Positions 62,098 to 64,000 of a stretch of DNA of 64,000 bases are shown piece by piece. The stretch's first letter is position 1. The number at the start of each line of letters is the position of its first letter. The DNA comes from Hydrolagus affinis (Eukaryota): contig JAAILG010000013.1 of NCBI GenBank assembly GCA_012026655.1, positions 124,001 to 188,000 on the forward strand. Direction: 5' to 3'. A program made the translations under genes and the position numbers. Under the pieces are notes generated by a model that saw nothing but the letters and a program-made list of their open reading frames with translations, did no database searches and was not told the origin of the DNA.

Positions 62098-64000
62098 AGA
62101 TTGGATTTTCGGGTTAAGACTGCCTGCCGTCTCTATTTGTGACTTAAGATTGATATCGGCGAATCCAGGTAGCGGACCCTACATTGTTGACCCCTTCTGT
62201 CTGATGTGGCTTCTGAAACACTATCAGTAGGAATTGAGCAGCGGAGAATGAAACAGATTTGCTTAAACCCTTGCCAGTCGCGATTAGCAATGTCCGACAC
62301 TTGCTGGTCTCCTGCTATTTCCTCAATAGGTAATTTTGAGAGTTTCAGGAGCGTGTGGAATGCTCCTGTAGGAATACTGTGCTCTTTAACCTCTTCAGTA
62401 AGCTGTTGAAATGCTCACAGGGGCTTACAGTCTGCCACCTTGTTAGGATACGGAATGCAGTTTCTGTCTGCAAGCCAAGAAATCCCAATGACAATACCCC
62501 TTTAAACAAAAGCGTACGCAAAGGTGAAAAGTGCACTCTGGCGAGGAATTTAGCAAGTCAGAAAATAAACTTGCTCAACTTTGCCTTGAAGAAGTCAGTC
62601 CAATCGATCGAAACGTCTCCTATGCAGCACTTGCGGACGTAAACAGCTCTCTCCTGGACGAGCCCGTCTTAATGATCTAGCACTGCATACCCAGCACTTC
62701 CAAAAGGATTTCAATTCCCATTCCCACAGCCTTTTACGGCTCATATGATAAATGACACGTGTCATTCTGTCAAAGGCAAACAGCGCAGATGGGAGGGTCT
62801 GTGATAAATGACTCAGGCAAACAGGAAATCAACTTTTTGGCAAGGAGAGCTGATCTGGATTCTGTCAGGATTGGGTTTCAGAGACTGAAGAATGATAACT
62901 ACTGTTCAGCGTTCAGGAGAAACCAGACAGTGGCAAATTCATTACAACTCACCAAATGTCAAACAGGGTAGCAATTAGAAGCCAGCTTTAACACTGACGA
63001 GGTGGCATCTTTTACTGCTGACGTACCAGGGTCCGTAAAGCAACTCACGCTTTAACCCTACCCTCCACGATGGAGGGATAAAGAAATCAGGAAAAAATAA
63101 ATAAATAAATAAAGGATTACTTTTGATTATTTGAAAGAGCGCGGTTTCAATCTGGCCTTGTGGTTCCCAATTGGATTGCGGCATTTCTCAAAGCTTCTTC
63201 TTAAAAAGAGTCTCTCCACACATTTGGAAGTAATTAAGGTGGCTCTTGGAACAACAATTTACACGGATGCAACGCCTTTCATGCAAACTACGTGGGTTTT
63301 AGATGGTTAAGACTGCAGCAGTACCTCAACGAACGCTCTGGAGTCCCCAAGCCTTGACTCTTGCCAACCCGCACCTAAAACTATACAGAAAATAGCACTG
63401 TTCATGTCACGACATATCAAAAACACTTCAAAAACTGACTGGGAGGCAGAGTATTTTTGGGGCGGTGGGGGGTGGGGGGGCAGGGGGCTCTGTGTGGGCA
63501 AACAGAGGAGGTGAAAGCACTGCAGAAGAACTATTAAGTTTTAAGCTGTTGCGAGGAGGGTGTTGAAGGTGTAAGGTGGAGTAAGTCCAGGACAGTCATG
63601 GCTGTTGGCTCACCCACGAGTTAAGGCACGTGAAGCAGGCTGTGAGAGGGATTGGCTGGAGCAGTAGATTCTCATTTGAATCTTAGCTATATCCTTAATC
63701 GTATTGTGCATGCCCCCACAATAGCCGAGCATTTAAACCTCAATAACAGATCAAGACGCCGGGCCCAATGTTAAATTCACTGGAACACAATTCCTTATTC
63801 ATTCACACTGCACTGTTTTTGGAGCCACGTTGAAATATTTAAACAAATGGTTTAATGTGACTGATCTGTCCTAAAGCAGTGAACCCGACCATCTGATCCC
63901 ATTGCCTGGCTGGCACGTCAGTGCAATCCTCATTGGCTCTCTGTTGTAAAAGTACAAGGCAATTATTCGTTTTAATGTCATTTCTCGATGCCCAATTATT

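Noticed and set aside
62585-62617. cttgaagaag...cgaaacgtc, a Penelope-type hammerhead signature
   Set aside because: Stem II is mostly mismatched, there is no stem I and no flanking Penelope sequence.
21790-64000. TSHZ2 exon 1 (MPRRKQQAP...)
   Set aside because: Not seen on the minus strand by eye or in the ORF track. It probably lies beyond the window, though a 40-nt exon could be missed.
1-64000. CRISPR array, operon or other prokaryotic system
   Set aside because: The DNA is vertebrate intronic sequence; the repeats are dispersed retroposons, not regularly spaced direct repeats.

Overview
Eukaryotic, vertebrate genomic DNA. The repeat content (Deu-type SINEs, L2, CR1, a Penelope-like foldback) suggests a cartilaginous fish, but this is inference. 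The only supportable protein-coding sequence is the large ~3.1 kb coding exon of teashirt zinc-finger homeobox 2 (TSHZ2) on the minus strand. Its splice acceptor is at 21761-21760 and its stop codon at 18664-18662, with a strong splice donor 9 nt after the stop. I did not find the short first coding exon, so 21760-64000 is probably intron 1 and 1-18652 is probably a 3'-UTR intron. The non-coding DNA holds many copies of a tRNA-Ala(TGC)-headed SINE, older Deu-domain SINEs, L2 and CR1 LINE fragments and several MITEs, between repeat-free blocks that look like conserved enhancers. The most notable observations are a foldback Penelope-like element with a CpG-decayed minimal hammerhead ribozyme core, a SINE/SINE/L2 trio sharing one 3' stem-loop tail, and the donor just after the stop codon. 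I found no evidence of a wholly new protein-coding system. Repeat boundaries are by eye and approximate, and family names come from recalled consensus sequences, not searches.
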